Assembly (NCBI GenBank): GCA_050290125.1
Contig: JBNKHB010000001.1
Coordinates: 1 to 37,509 of the forward strand
Source: Robiginitalea sp.
Lineage (GTDB): Bacteria; Bacteroidota; Bacteroidia; Flavobacteriales; Flavobacteriaceae
DNA: 37,509 bases
Reading direction: 5' to 3'
A model generated the notes under the pieces. It had not been told where the DNA came from. It saw only the letters and a list, made by a program, of their open reading frames with translations, and did not search any database. Position 1 is the first letter of the stretch, and each line of letters starts with the position of its first letter. The position numbers were made by a program, and so were the translations under genes. Shown piece after piece: positions 8,626 to 17,710 of this stretch.

Positions 8626-10889
8626 CGGGTGATCGGCACTTCCCGGAGCCGGGCTTCCGGAATCCCGAATCCTGCAACCAGCGAGTCGGCATGGGGCCGC
8701 AGCTCGCTCGCCAGGCGTTCGACCCGTCCCCTTATCGCCTTGGACTTCGTACGCCCGATATAGCCCTGTTCCAGATACCACTCTGCATGGTTGCGAATGA
8801 CGGAAAGCGCATGCAGCGTTCCCAGCCGGTCCAGCAGCAACCGGTATTTTTCGTCGGAAACCGTTTCTGCGTACTCCCTGTAAATCGTATACGCCAGTAG
8901 ATCACTGTAAGCCCTGCCGAGCTCGATCAGGTGCGTCTGCACTTTCAGGAACGCCTGGTAGGAAGGCATGCCTTTCTTGATGTAATCCCGGATACGGCGG
9001 GCCAGGGTAAATGTCAATCGGTCCGTGCGGTAGTTCAGGGCATGCAGGTGGAAGGCCGGGTTGTACAAATGCGCCCGATCCGTCTTTTGGGTATAGGCCG
9101 GATTGATGGCGGACAGTCGTTTGCCCAGCTGGCTGCCCAACAATCGCAGTACCCCTATGAAATCGTCGGCGTTGAATTCGGCCCGGAAGTCCGTGAGTTT
9201 TCCCTTGGCGGCCAGCTGCAGCAGGACCGTATTGTCGCCTTCAAAGGTGGTGAAGATGTCAATATCATTCTTTAAACCGCCGATACGGTTCTCCAGCAGG
9301 TAGCCTTTTCCGCCGCAGGCTTCCCGGCACTCCTGCAGGCAACGGTCCGAGAATTCCGTGACCACCGCCTTGATGCCGGCCACCTGGGCCTCCAGTTGGC
9401 GGGTATCCTCCCCTTCGTGCCCGTGGTAATCCGCCAGTAAGCGCTCCAGGGCGCGGTGATAGACGTAAGAACTGGCCACCGCCGGTAGCAGCCGCATCTG
9501 ATGCGAGGGATAATCCATGATCAGGTCCTCCTGCATCCGCTGGGCATCGTTGAACTGCCGGCGCTTTAACGCGTACTTTACGGCGATGGCCAGTCCGAAG
9601 CGGGCCCCGGCCAAGGCGCCTTTGGCCACGCAGATCCGTCCCCCTACCAGGGTGCCCAGCATGGTGAAAAACCGTTTGTTCGGATTTTCGATGGGTGAAC
9701 GGTACTGGCCGTCGTCCCCGATACTCCCGTACCGGTCCAGCAGGTTGGCCCGTGGTACCCGTACGCTGTGGAACCAGATCTTGCCGTTATCCACCCCGTT
9801 CAAGCCGAGTTTATACCCGTTGTCCTCTATGCGGATGCCCGGAAGCAGCCGGTGCTGCGCATCCCTGAGCGGGACCAGGATGGCGTGAACGCCCTGGTTC
9901 ACCCCGTCCACGATCAGCTGCGCAAAGACCGTTGCCATCCGCGCGTGCAGCGCATTGCCGATATATTCCTTATTGTCTTCCTCCCCCGGGGTGTGGATGG
10001 CCAGTTCATCGGAATCCCGCAGATAGGTGGCCGTGGTACGGATTCCGCGTACGTTGGAACCGTGGCGGGTTTCCGTCATGGCGAAACATCCCAGCAGGCG
10101 GGCGCTGCCTGCATCGGCCAGGTAGGTGTCCCAATGGCGTTTGGTCCCTAGTTTCTGGATGCTTCCGCCAAAGAGGCCGAACTGCACCCCGAATTTTACG
10201 CACAGGCTGGGATCGGTGAATATAAGGTTCTCAAATACGGCCGCATAGGCGGGCATATCGGACTTCCCGCCGTAGGTTTCCGGATAGGCCAGTGCACCGT
10301 AGCCTTCCCCGGCCAGGACTTTGAGTTGCTCCAGCACCCGATGCCGGTGATCTTCCTTATCCCTTTGGATCCGGAATTCAAATTCCGGCTTTCCCAGTAA
10401 AGCTTGTGCCCGTCGGTAGGTTTCCAGGTGCGGATGCAGCAGCACTGAAGCCAGCTGCCCGGCAGCGTAATAGGACGAGCCCACCGCCGCCCCGGAGGCC
10501 TGCGGAAATAAATGACGGTAATGGTTCGGCTGGATCCCCAGGTTCAGTTCTATTTGCTCCAGGGCAGGGTTGACCTCCAGCTCGGGGGCATAGTGCCGGG
10601 CCACCCGATGGCTGAAAGCCGCTAAGGGAAACGGGTCTGATGGTTCATAAAGTGCCTGGCTGCTGGCAATAAGATGGCCCCATTGCCGGATTTCATCCTG
10701 CTCCGGCGGGTGGTCCCGGTCCAGCCAGCTGAGGAGCAGTTCGCGGTCACGGGCCGGCAGGGCTTCATCCTGGTCCATCACGCCCCTGACCACCGCGATT
10801 TCCGATGCGGATAACAAGTCGTCCGACCAGATAACATAGAAAAACGTAAGGTAGGGGTAGATCCCTTTGGGGTAGGCCAATGTTTGCAT
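8622..10889 (-). CDS. Acyl-CoA oxidase / acyl-CoA dehydrogenase family protein with an N-terminal extra domain
   Basis: GCFAMTETRHGSNVRGIRTTATY, KLGLNGVDNG, CREACGGKGY and TFEGDNTVL (catalytic Glu) motifs. Start placed at MQTL (10889) because the upstream ATG lies in the pckA terminator region. Confidence 0.85.
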   Translation of the reverse strand: MQTLAYPKGIYPYLTFFYVIWSDDLLSASEIAVVRGVMDQDEALPARDRELLLSWLDRDHPPEQDEIRQWGHLIASSQALYEPSDPFPLAAFSHRVARHYAPELEVNPALEQIELNLGIQPNHYRHLFPQASGAAVGSSYYAAGQLASVLLHPHLETYRRAQALLGKPEFEFRIQRDKEDHRHRVLEQLKVLAGEGYGALAYPETYGGKSDMPAYAAVFENLIFTDPSLCVKFGVQFGLFGGSIQKLGTKRHWDTYLADAGSARLLGCFAMTETRHGSNVRGIRTTATYLRDSDELAIHTPGEEDNKEYIGNALHARMATVFAQLIVDGVNQGVHAILVPLRDAQHRLLPGIRIEDNGYKLGLNGVDNGKIWFHSVRVPRANLLDRYGSIGDDGQYRSPIENPNKRFFTMLGTLVGGRICVAKGALAGARFGLAIAVKYALKRRQFNDAQRMQEDLIMDYPSHQMRLLPAVASSYVYHRALERLLADYHGHEGEDTRQLEAQVAGIKAVVTEFSDRCLQECREACGGKGYLLENRIGGLKNDIDIFTTFEGDNTVLLQLAAKGKLTDFRAEFNADDFIGVLRLLGSQLGKRLSAINPAYTQKTDRAHLYNPAFHLHALNYRTDRLTFTLARRIRDYIKKGMPSYQAFLKVQTHLIELGRAYSDLLAYTIYREYAETVSDEKYRLLLDRLGTLHALSVIRNHAEWYLEQGYIGRTKSKAIRGRVERLASELRPHADSLVAGFGIPEARLREVPITR

Positions 10890-10934
10890 AGCCAAAAAAT
10901 ACGATTTCTGCCGCAGCGAGAAAAGGCTGATCCA

Positions 10935-10970
10935 AATGAAAACTCCGCCTTCCCAGGCGGAGTCTTCATT
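10935..10970 (-). terminator. Intrinsic terminator downstream of pckA
   Basis: ACTCCGCCT-tccc-AGGCGGAGT stem extended by AATGAA/TTCATT; short U-rich run on the minus strand. Confidence 0.7.
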
Positions 10971-10986
10971 CAAACCGACCAGGGGA

Positions 10987-12567
10987 TTATTTGGGTCCCG
11001 CTGCGATGATATCGGCGTTTACCCCGGCCTCGAATTTCTTGAAATTCTCATTGAAAAGGGCCACCAGTTTCTTTTTGGTAGCATCATAGGCCTTTTTGTC
11101 CTCCCAGGTATTTTTCGGGACGAGGACTGCGGAGGGCACATCCGGGCAGGTTTCCGGCACCATAAATCCAAAGGCCTCGTCTTTTTGATAGCTGACCCCG
11201 TCAAAATCGCCGTGGTGGATGGCATCGATCATGGCGCGTGTGTATTTCAGCTTGATCCTGGATCCTTTACCATGGGCCCCGCCGGTCCATCCGGTATTCA
11301 CCAGCCAGGCGGTCACCTCGTGCTTCCGGATCTTTTCGGCCAGCAACTCCGCGTATTTATTGGGATGCCACATCATAAAGGCAGCCCCAAAGCAGGCGCT
11401 GAAGGTGGCCTCGGGTTCGGTGACGCCCATCTCGGTACCGGCTACCTTGGCCGTGTACCCGGAGATAAAGTGGTAACTCGCCTGTTCCGGAGTGAGCTTA
11501 CTCACCGGTGGCAGCACCCCGAATGCATCGCAGGTAAGGAAGATGATATTCTTGGGATGACCCGCCACACAGGGCATCTGTACATTGTCGATATAGCGGA
11601 TCGGATAGGATGCCCTGGTGTTCTGGGTGATGGAGGTGTCCGTATAATCCACCTTGCGGCTGGCCGGGTCGTACACCACGTTCTCCAGGACGGTTCCGAA
11701 ACGGATCGCATTGAAGATATCCGGCTCGTTTTCTTGCGAGAGGTTGATGGCCTTGGCATAGCAGCCGCCTTCAATGTTAAAGGTGCCGTCGTCCGTCCAG
11801 CAGTGTTCGTCGTCGCCGATGAGCTTGCGTTTGGGGTCGGCGCTGAGCGTGGTCTTGCCGGTACCGGACAGGCCAAAGAGGATGGTTACGTCCCCGTCCT
11901 TTCCCACATTGGCGCTGCAGTGCATGGGCAGAACGCCTTCGAGCGGCATCAGGTAATTCATTATCGAGAAGATACCCTTCTTCATTTCCCCGGCGTACTG
12001 GGTGCCCAGGATCACGATCTCCCGGCGCTCCAGGTGTACGTCGATGGAAGTTTTAGAGGTCATCTCTGAAGTGTAGATGTTGGCCGGGAAGCCGCCGCCG
12101 TTAAAGATGACGTAATCCGGTTCGCCGAAGTCGGCCAGTTCTTCCGCCGTGGGCATGATCAGCATGTTCTGCATGAAGAGCGCATGGTAGGCGCGCGTAC
12201 AGATCACCCGCACTTTGATGCGGTAAGCTTTATCCCAACCGGCAAAGGCATCCACTACGAAGAGGTGCTCGCAAACATTAAGGTAATCAATGGCGCGCTC
12301 CCGTTTGATCATAAATATATGCTCATCCAGTTCGATATTGATGGGTCCCCAGTCGATATTTGCTTCGGAATCCGGGTGGCGGACCACCCGTTTGTCCTTG
12401 GGGCTCCGTCCGGTCTTTTCTCCGGAATAGACCAGTAAGGCGCCAACGTCGGAAATGGCGGTTCCGGCTTCCTTACGGAGTCCGATCTCGTAGAGGACGG
12501 GGACGGCGGTGTTGCGGTGAATATTGGTTACGTTTATACCATACTTAGAGAGGTCGAAAGCGGCCAT
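10987..12567 (-). CDS. pckA: Phosphoenolpyruvate carboxykinase (ATP)
   Basis: TGRSPKDK, YAGEMKK, HCSAN, P-loop GLSGTGKTT, IGDDEH and NIEGGCYAK motifs. Confidence 0.96.
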   Translation of the reverse strand: MAAFDLSKYGINVTNIHRNTAVPVLYEIGLRKEAGTAISDVGALLVYSGEKTGRSPKDKRVVRHPDSEANIDWGPINIELDEHIFMIKRERAIDYLNVCEHLFVVDAFAGWDKAYRIKVRVICTRAYHALFMQNMLIMPTAEELADFGEPDYVIFNGGGFPANIYTSEMTSKTSIDVHLERREIVILGTQYAGEMKKGIFSIMNYLMPLEGVLPMHCSANVGKDGDVTILFGLSGTGKTTLSADPKRKLIGDDEHCWTDDGTFNIEGGCYAKAINLSQENEPDIFNAIRFGTVLENVVYDPASRKVDYTDTSITQNTRASYPIRYIDNVQMPCVAGHPKNIIFLTCDAFGVLPPVSKLTPEQASYHFISGYTAKVAGTEMGVTEPEATFSACFGAAFMMWHPNKYAELLAEKIRKHEVTAWLVNTGWTGGAHGKGSRIKLKYTRAMIDAIHHGDFDGVSYQKDEAFGFMVPETCPDVPSAVLVPKNTWEDKKAYDATKKKLVALFNENFKKFEAGVNADIIAAGPK

Positions 12568-12663
12568 GAGTTGCTGTTTTTAGTGGTTTTCAGATTCTCA
12601 GGGAACAGGGTCCCGGAGCAAAATGTATACTGCAAAGTAGCGGAAAAACGGATGGGATAAAAA

Positions 12664-12675
12664 TGATAAATATCA
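12664..12675. promoter_or_regulatory. Putative Crp/Fnr-family box TGAT-N4-ATCA between divergent pckA and ruvB
   Basis: TGATAAATATCA inverted repeat. Confidence 0.45.
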
Positions 12676-12730
12676 CGGATTTGTAAAGAAATAGGCCCAT
12701 ACGGCCCGGAGTTGTGACCACCGCTTTTCC

Positions 12731-12738
12731 TATCTTTG
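12731..12738 (+). promoter_or_regulatory. Bacteroidota sigma70 -7 element for ruvB
   Basis: TATCTTTG matches TAnnTTTG; ends 7 nt before the ATG. Confidence 0.7.
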
Positions 12739-12745
12739 TTTTAAG

Positions 12746-13768
12746 ATGAACGAATACCTGGATCCAACTTCGGAAGGCCTCTCACCGGAAGAACTCGATA
12801 TCGAACGGGCGCTTCGCCCGGTCTCCTTCGACGATTTTGCCGGACAGCGACAGGTTCTGGAAAACCTCCGGGTCTTTGTACAGGCTTCCAACATGCGGCA
12901 GGACGCGCTGGACCATACCCTGCTGCACGGGCCTCCCGGCCTTGGGAAGACCACCCTGGCGCATATCCTTGCCAACGAGCTCGGGGTAGGGCTGAAGGCC
13001 ACCTCCGGACCAGTGTTGGACAAACCCGGAGACCTGGCAGGCCTGCTCACCAACCTGGAGCCCCGGGATGTGTTGTTCATTGACGAGATCCACCGGTTGA
13101 GCCCCGTGGTGGAGGAATACCTGTATTCCGCCATGGAGGATTTCAAGATCGACATCATGATCGAATCAGGCCCTAATGCGCGCTCCGTGCAAATCCACCT
13201 GAATCCCTTTACCCTGGTGGGGGCCACCACGCGCTCCGGACTTTTGACCGCACCCATGCGGGCGCGTTTCGGAATTTCCAGCCGCCTGGAATACTACGAT
13301 ACCGAACTCTTGGCGACCATTGTGGAGCGTTCCGCGGAGATCCTGAAAGTGCCCATTACCGAGGATGCCGCCATTGAGATCGCCGGACGCAGCCGGGGCA
13401 CCCCCCGGATCAGCAACGCACTGCTTCGCCGGGTACGGGATTTTGCCCAGATCAAGGGCAACGGCAGCATTGATATGGAAATTTCCAAATTCGGCCTGAA
13501 GGCGCTTAATGTAGACGCCTACGGCCTGGATGAAATGGACAACAAAATCCTGGCAACGCTGATCGATAAATTCAAGGGCGGCCCGGTTGGGATCACGACC
13601 CTGGCCACGGCCGTATCCGAAAATGCGGAAACCATAGAGGAAGTATATGAACCCTTCCTCATCCAGCAAGGCTTTATCATGCGTACGCCCCGTGGCCGTC
13701 AGGTAACCGAGTTAGCCTATAGGCATTTAGGCCGAAACCAGGCCGGTGAGCAGCCAGGTTTGTTCTGA
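12746..13768 (+). CDS. ruvB: Holliday junction branch migration helicase RuvB
   Basis: LRP, Walker [10 protein letters not shown], Walker [14 protein letters not shown] and RGTPR motifs. Confidence 0.97.
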   Translation: MNEYLDPTSEGLSPEELDIERALRPVSFDDFAGQRQVLENLRVFVQASNMRQDALDHTLLHGPPGLGKTTLAHILANELGVGLKATSGPVLDKPGDLAGLLTNLEPRDVLFIDEIHRLSPVVEEYLYSAMEDFKIDIMIESGPNARSVQIHLNPFTLVGATTRSGLLTAPMRARFGISSRLEYYDTELLATIVERSAEILKVPITEDAAIEIAGRSRGTPRISNALLRRVRDFAQIKGNGSIDMEISKFGLKALNVDAYGLDEMDNKILATLIDKFKGGPVGITTLATAVSENAETIEEVYEPFLIQQGFIMRTPRGRQVTELAYRHLGRNQAGEQPGLF

Positions 13769-13845
13769 CAATCAGCGCTTTAACACCTCCTGAAACCCGA
13801 ACTCCGGTTCTCCGGCCCGCAAGCTCCTTTCGTTGTTTTTATTGG

Positions 13846-13911
13846 TGACACAATTCTTACAGCTATTGAATCATTTGTGGTAGCGGCACCGTGGATTATA
13901 TGTTAAATTGC
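13846..13911 (+). promoter_or_regulatory. Putative AraC-activated promoter 1 (tandem boxes plus -7-like element)
   Basis: TGACACAATTCT (13846) and TGAATCATTTGT (13867), 21 bp apart; TAAATTGC at 13904 (+37). Confidence 0.55.
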
Positions 13912-14049
13912 TGTAAAAGGCGATGGAAGAAGGAACTTAATATTTGTAGGAAAACCCTCATAATCAAACAAAAAGGAACGAGATACAGAGGTATCACCCT
14001 TAATATTTTGTAACTTATTAGTTTATCCTCCACCACAACTTTATTTACC

Positions 14050-15132
14050 ATGCCGTACTTTATGGATTTCCACATTTTTGACCAGGTAACCGTAGAGGAG
14101 GTCAAACAGGCACATGTGGCCGATCGCTCCGTGCAAAATAGGTACGGCGTAAAATACCTGCAGTTTTGGGTAAATGTGGACATGGGCACCGTATTTTGCC
14201 TGATGGAGGGTCCTAACGCGGAAGCCTGTGCGAAGGTCCACCACGAGGCGCACGGCAACGTAGCCTGCAATATTACCGAGGTACAAAGGGGATTCTACGA
14301 ACAGTTTATGGGAGAAGCCCCGCTGCTGGACCACGGGCTGGTCCTGAAGCAAAACGGAAGGGTGGATACCGGGCTGCGCTACCTAATGGTAGTGGACCTG
14401 GTGAATCTAACCCAGGTATCGCACCCCGGGGAATACCGGAAATTGCTGAATCCGTTACGTCCGCAGGCGATCGTTTGCAACACTATCCGGGAATTCAAAG
14501 GCAAGGAGATCAAGAACCAGTGGGATAACAGTATCCTGGCCGTCTTCGATGAGGAAGATTTCGCGCTGTTATGCGCCATGGAAATACAAAAACTGCTTGG
14601 GGATATCAGTGAATCCGTCCGCTATAAGATTGCCCTGGCCACAGGGCAGCCGGTTTCCGAGCGCCAGGGCTTTTTTGAGGAATCCCTGGCGGAATGCCAA
14701 CGCCTTAATGTAGTGGCGCAGGAGGGTGAGGTATTGCTGGACACCCGCATTGGCGTGTCGCAAAAAATGAAGGAACGAATGGCATTGAAGCCGGGCATCC
14801 GTCAGCTGACCAAATCGCAAAGCTCCTTTGCACAAACCTTTTTTGAGCTCGTTACCAGGCACCTGAACGACTCGAATTTTTCAGTGAATTTTATGACCTC
14901 CCAGCTTGGGATCAGCCGTCCCCAACTGTACAGGAAGATCACCGATCTTACCGGGCGTTCCCCTAACCAGTTCCTGCGTGACATCCGATTGCGGAAGGCC
15001 CTGGCTCTGATCCGTGAGAACAAGTACAATGTCTCGGAGATCGCCTATGAAGTGGGCTTCGGGAATCCATCCTATTTCACCAAGCGCTTCCAGGAAAAAT
15101 ACGGGATCTCCCCTTCCAAGGTAGCCGGTTAG
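14050..15132 (+). CDS. Transcriptional regulator: SCO4226/DUF4242 (nickel-binding-like) sensor + degenerate class III nucleotidyl-cyclase-like domain + AraC HTH
   Basis: N-term MPYFMDFH...AHVAD...TVFCLMEGP...HHEAHG; centre VVDL...SILAVF...IALATGQPV...GEVLL; C-term LGISRPQLYRKI and SEIAYEVGFGNPSYFTKRFQEKYG. Confidence 0.82.
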   Translation: MPYFMDFHIFDQVTVEEVKQAHVADRSVQNRYGVKYLQFWVNVDMGTVFCLMEGPNAEACAKVHHEAHGNVACNITEVQRGFYEQFMGEAPLLDHGLVLKQNGRVDTGLRYLMVVDLVNLTQVSHPGEYRKLLNPLRPQAIVCNTIREFKGKEIKNQWDNSILAVFDEEDFALLCAMEIQKLLGDISESVRYKIALATGQPVSERQGFFEESLAECQRLNVVAQEGEVLLDTRIGVSQKMKERMALKPGIRQLTKSQSSFAQTFFELVTRHLNDSNFSVNFMTSQLGISRPQLYRKITDLTGRSPNQFLRDIRLRKALALIRENKYNVSEIAYEVGFGNPSYFTKRFQEKYGISPSKVAG

Positions 15133-15168
15133 GCACAATGGTAACCATCCGGCCGGCAAGCCTGCCTT

Positions 15169-15234
15169 TGACCAAAATGTGCGAACATTTGAAACATTTG
15201 TACCAGTTTATCTAGCGGGGAATCCCCAATTTCG
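15169..15234 (+). promoter_or_regulatory. Putative AraC-activated promoter 2
   Basis: TGACCAAAATGT (15169) and TGAAACATTTGT (15190), 21 bp apart; CAATTTCG at 15227 (+37). Confidence 0.55.
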
Positions 15235-15301
15235 TACATATGTTTCATAAGGAGCCCGATGAGTCCACTTGGGTTTTGGTCCCTTCTTAAAATCCCGGAA
15301 T

Positions 15302-16387
15302 ATGCCACTTTACATGGACCTGCACCACATTGATCCCGACATCACGCAGGAGGACCTGTTGGCGGCGCATATGAAGGATATCGAGGTCCAGGATAAATAC
15401 GGGCTGGAGCATAAGAAATACTATGTAAACTTTGAGGAGAAAACGGTTTTCTGCCTGATCAACGCGCCCGACAAGCAATGCCTCCACAATAGCCATGCGG
15501 AGGTCCATGGCGTTGGCCCATGCAATATTATCGAGGTTTCCTCACTGACCCCAACCTTTGACTTCAATACCATGATCGGGGAGGAGGGCGGAAAGAATGA
15601 ATGGGATGTAGCCCTTACCCGCTCCGGTGAGATCGACACGGGGTATCGCAGTTTACTGCTCACGTCACTTTATGATTTTACAGGCACCCATGAAGAAGCC
15701 CAACGGGTGCTTTTCAACATGATCGAACGTTATGACGGCAGGATAGTGATGCAACCTGATGAAAAGATCATGGCGTCCTTCCTGCATGCCCAGGACGCTG
15801 TCTTCTGCGGCCAGTCCATGGCTTCCTACCTGCAGGCCACGGATCCTTCCATGGAATTTTGCATCGGGATCGTTACCGGCAAGCCAGTGGACGAAACAGG
15901 CTCCTTATTGTTCCAGGAAGCGGTGGAGCGATTGAAAAACCTGGTACTGCTCGGATCCACCGGAAAGATCTACCTGGACGCGTTCACCCAACAGCTATTT
16001 GAAAAGGGACGGGACCCTTCGGATTCCAACGAAGGGGGACGTACGCGGTTGGTGAGTCCGGATGAGATCCATTTATTCGGCAAGCTCAGCCGGATCCTTC
16101 GGGAAAACCTTCGCAATTCAGGCTTTAGCAGCGAGGAGCTCGGGAGCATGCTGGGTTTGAGCCGTGCCCAGGCCTACCGGCGAATCAAGTCCCTGACCGG
16201 GATGTCCCCGAACGTGCTTATCCGCGAATACCGCCTCCGGCGATCCCTGCCGGAACTCCTGCGCAAGGATCAAACCGTGGCCCAGGTTTCCTACGAGGTC
16301 GGGTTTAACAGCCCCACCTATTTTACCCGGATGTTCCGCAAACGCTACGGTATCCTGCCCACTGCATTCTCCAAACTGGCGAGTTGA
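15302..16387 (+). CDS. Paralogous regulator: SCO4226/DUF4242 sensor + degenerate cyclase-like domain + AraC HTH
   Basis: MPLYMDLH...AHMKD...TVFCLINAP...HAEVHG; IGIVTGKPV; QVSYEVGFNSPTYFTRMFRKRYG. Start at ATG 15302 by alignment with the upstream paralog. Confidence 0.82.
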   Translation: MPLYMDLHHIDPDITQEDLLAAHMKDIEVQDKYGLEHKKYYVNFEEKTVFCLINAPDKQCLHNSHAEVHGVGPCNIIEVSSLTPTFDFNTMIGEEGGKNEWDVALTRSGEIDTGYRSLLLTSLYDFTGTHEEAQRVLFNMIERYDGRIVMQPDEKIMASFLHAQDAVFCGQSMASYLQATDPSMEFCIGIVTGKPVDETGSLLFQEAVERLKNLVLLGSTGKIYLDAFTQQLFEKGRDPSDSNEGGRTRLVSPDEIHLFGKLSRILRENLRNSGFSSEELGSMLGLSRAQAYRRIKSLTGMSPNVLIREYRLRRSLPELLRKDQTVAQVSYEVGFNSPTYFTRMFRKRYGILPTAFSKLAS

Positions 16388-16438
16388 CAGCCTCTTATGT
16401 ACCCTAATTAAAGTGCGATCTGAGGGCTGAACAGAGAA

Positions 16439-16504
16439 TGAAACAAATGTTGCAGGATTTGATCGGATTGATACAGCCGCGGTGGCGGAAGTAGGGTACC
16501 TTTA
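16439..16504 (+). promoter_or_regulatory. Putative AraC-activated promoter 3 (tsdA operon)
   Basis: TGAAACAAATGT (16439) and TGATCGGATTGA (16460), 21 bp apart; TACCTTTA at 16497 (+37). Confidence 0.55.
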
Positions 16505-16623
16505 GAGTATAGCTTCACCCACTCCCCCGAAGCGGGCGCTACAGCAGGATTCCCCCAAATAACAGGCATGATAAAACAGGCGTATCAGGCGCCCAGGGCT
16601 CAAATTGCCCAAACTGAAATACA

Positions 16624-17700
16624 ATGGAACAAGGATTATCCGGAACAAAAAAGGCATCTGAAAAACCGCAGGAAGCGGTAGTGCGGGGTATGCGGCGGCT
16701 ATGCCGGCAAGTCGGGGTCTGTGTTTTCCTTTTGATCTCCCTGGCGCTGTGTATCGTGATAAGGGCCTTTGGGATGGGGCAGCCCGCCCAGGAAGAGGGC
16801 AGGGTGCCGGACGAGGTCTTTCTGATGAACTACGATGTGAACCGCCTGTCCGACAGCCCGAAGGACCTGGAGATCAAACTGGGATACGACATCTTCCGCA
16901 ATACCTCCCGGCATCTGGGACCGGACCAGCCGGATCCTGCGGGTCGTTTTGCGGGCAACCGCCTGGCGTGTGCCAATTGCCACCTGGATGCCGGCACCCG
17001 ACCCTATGCGGCGCCCCTGATCGGGGTGATCGAGCGGTTTCCCCAGTATCGGGGCCGTGAGGATAAGATCGGTACGATAGAGGAGCGCATTAACGGCTGT
17101 ATGGAACGCAGTATGAACGGCCGGATGATGCCAGAGGACAGCCCGGAAATGAAAGCGATGATCGCCTACCTGAAGTGGCTGGGCCGCTACGCGCCCGAGG
17201 ACGGCGCGGTAACGGGCAAGGGCTTTGCAGGTCTTGTCATACCGCAGCGGGCGGTAGACCTGGATCATGGCGAACGCGTCTTCCGCCTGCACTGTACGGT
17301 CTGCCATGGCAGCAATGGGCAGGGAAGGCTATCGGATCTGGGGGTGGGCTATCTCTACCCGCCGCTCTGGGGTAGCGATTCCTATAACAATGGGGCCGGG
17401 ATGACCAGGGTCATTACCGCGGCTTCCTTCATTAAAAGCAACATGCCTTATGGCACGCGTTACGACCGACCGGTTTTGACCGACGAGGAGGCTTTTGACG
17501 TGGCCGGGTATATCAATCAGCGGGATCGGCCGGAGAAACCTAACCGGGAGGCGGATTTCCCGGACCTCACCCGAAAACCCGTATCCACGCCCTATGGCCC
17601 GTATGCGGATACTTTTTCGCCGGAACAGCATCAATTGGGGCCGTTCCAGCCGATCATGGACTATTACCTGAGCACCTATAATCTCAATAAATCTAAATAA
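16624..17700 (+). CDS. tsdA: TsdA-type diheme cytochrome c thiosulfate dehydrogenase / tetrathionate reductase
   Basis: Two heme motifs CANCH and CTVCH; YRGR...EERINGCMERSMNG with the Cys ligand; YPPLWGSDSYNNGAGM; NMP; hydrophobic N-terminal signal or anchor. Start could be 16690. Confidence 0.82.
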   Translation: MEQGLSGTKKASEKPQEAVVRGMRRLCRQVGVCVFLLISLALCIVIRAFGMGQPAQEEGRVPDEVFLMNYDVNRLSDSPKDLEIKLGYDIFRNTSRHLGPDQPDPAGRFAGNRLACANCHLDAGTRPYAAPLIGVIERFPQYRGREDKIGTIEERINGCMERSMNGRMMPEDSPEMKAMIAYLKWLGRYAPEDGAVTGKGFAGLVIPQRAVDLDHGERVFRLHCTVCHGSNGQGRLSDLGVGYLYPPLWGSDSYNNGAGMTRVITAASFIKSNMPYGTRYDRPVLTDEEAFDVAGYINQRDRPEKPNREADFPDLTRKPVSTPYGPYADTFSPEQHQLGPFQPIMDYYLSTYNLNKSK

Positions 17701-17710
17701 ATCACACACA

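Noticed and set aside
10936-12069. 377-aa + strand ORF
   Set aside because: Antisense shadow of pckA
16568-16681. 37-aa upstream ORF in the tsdA leader as a possible leader peptide
   Set aside because: No informative residue bias such as Cys or Met runs and no attenuator found; overlaps the likely tsdA start; probably chance
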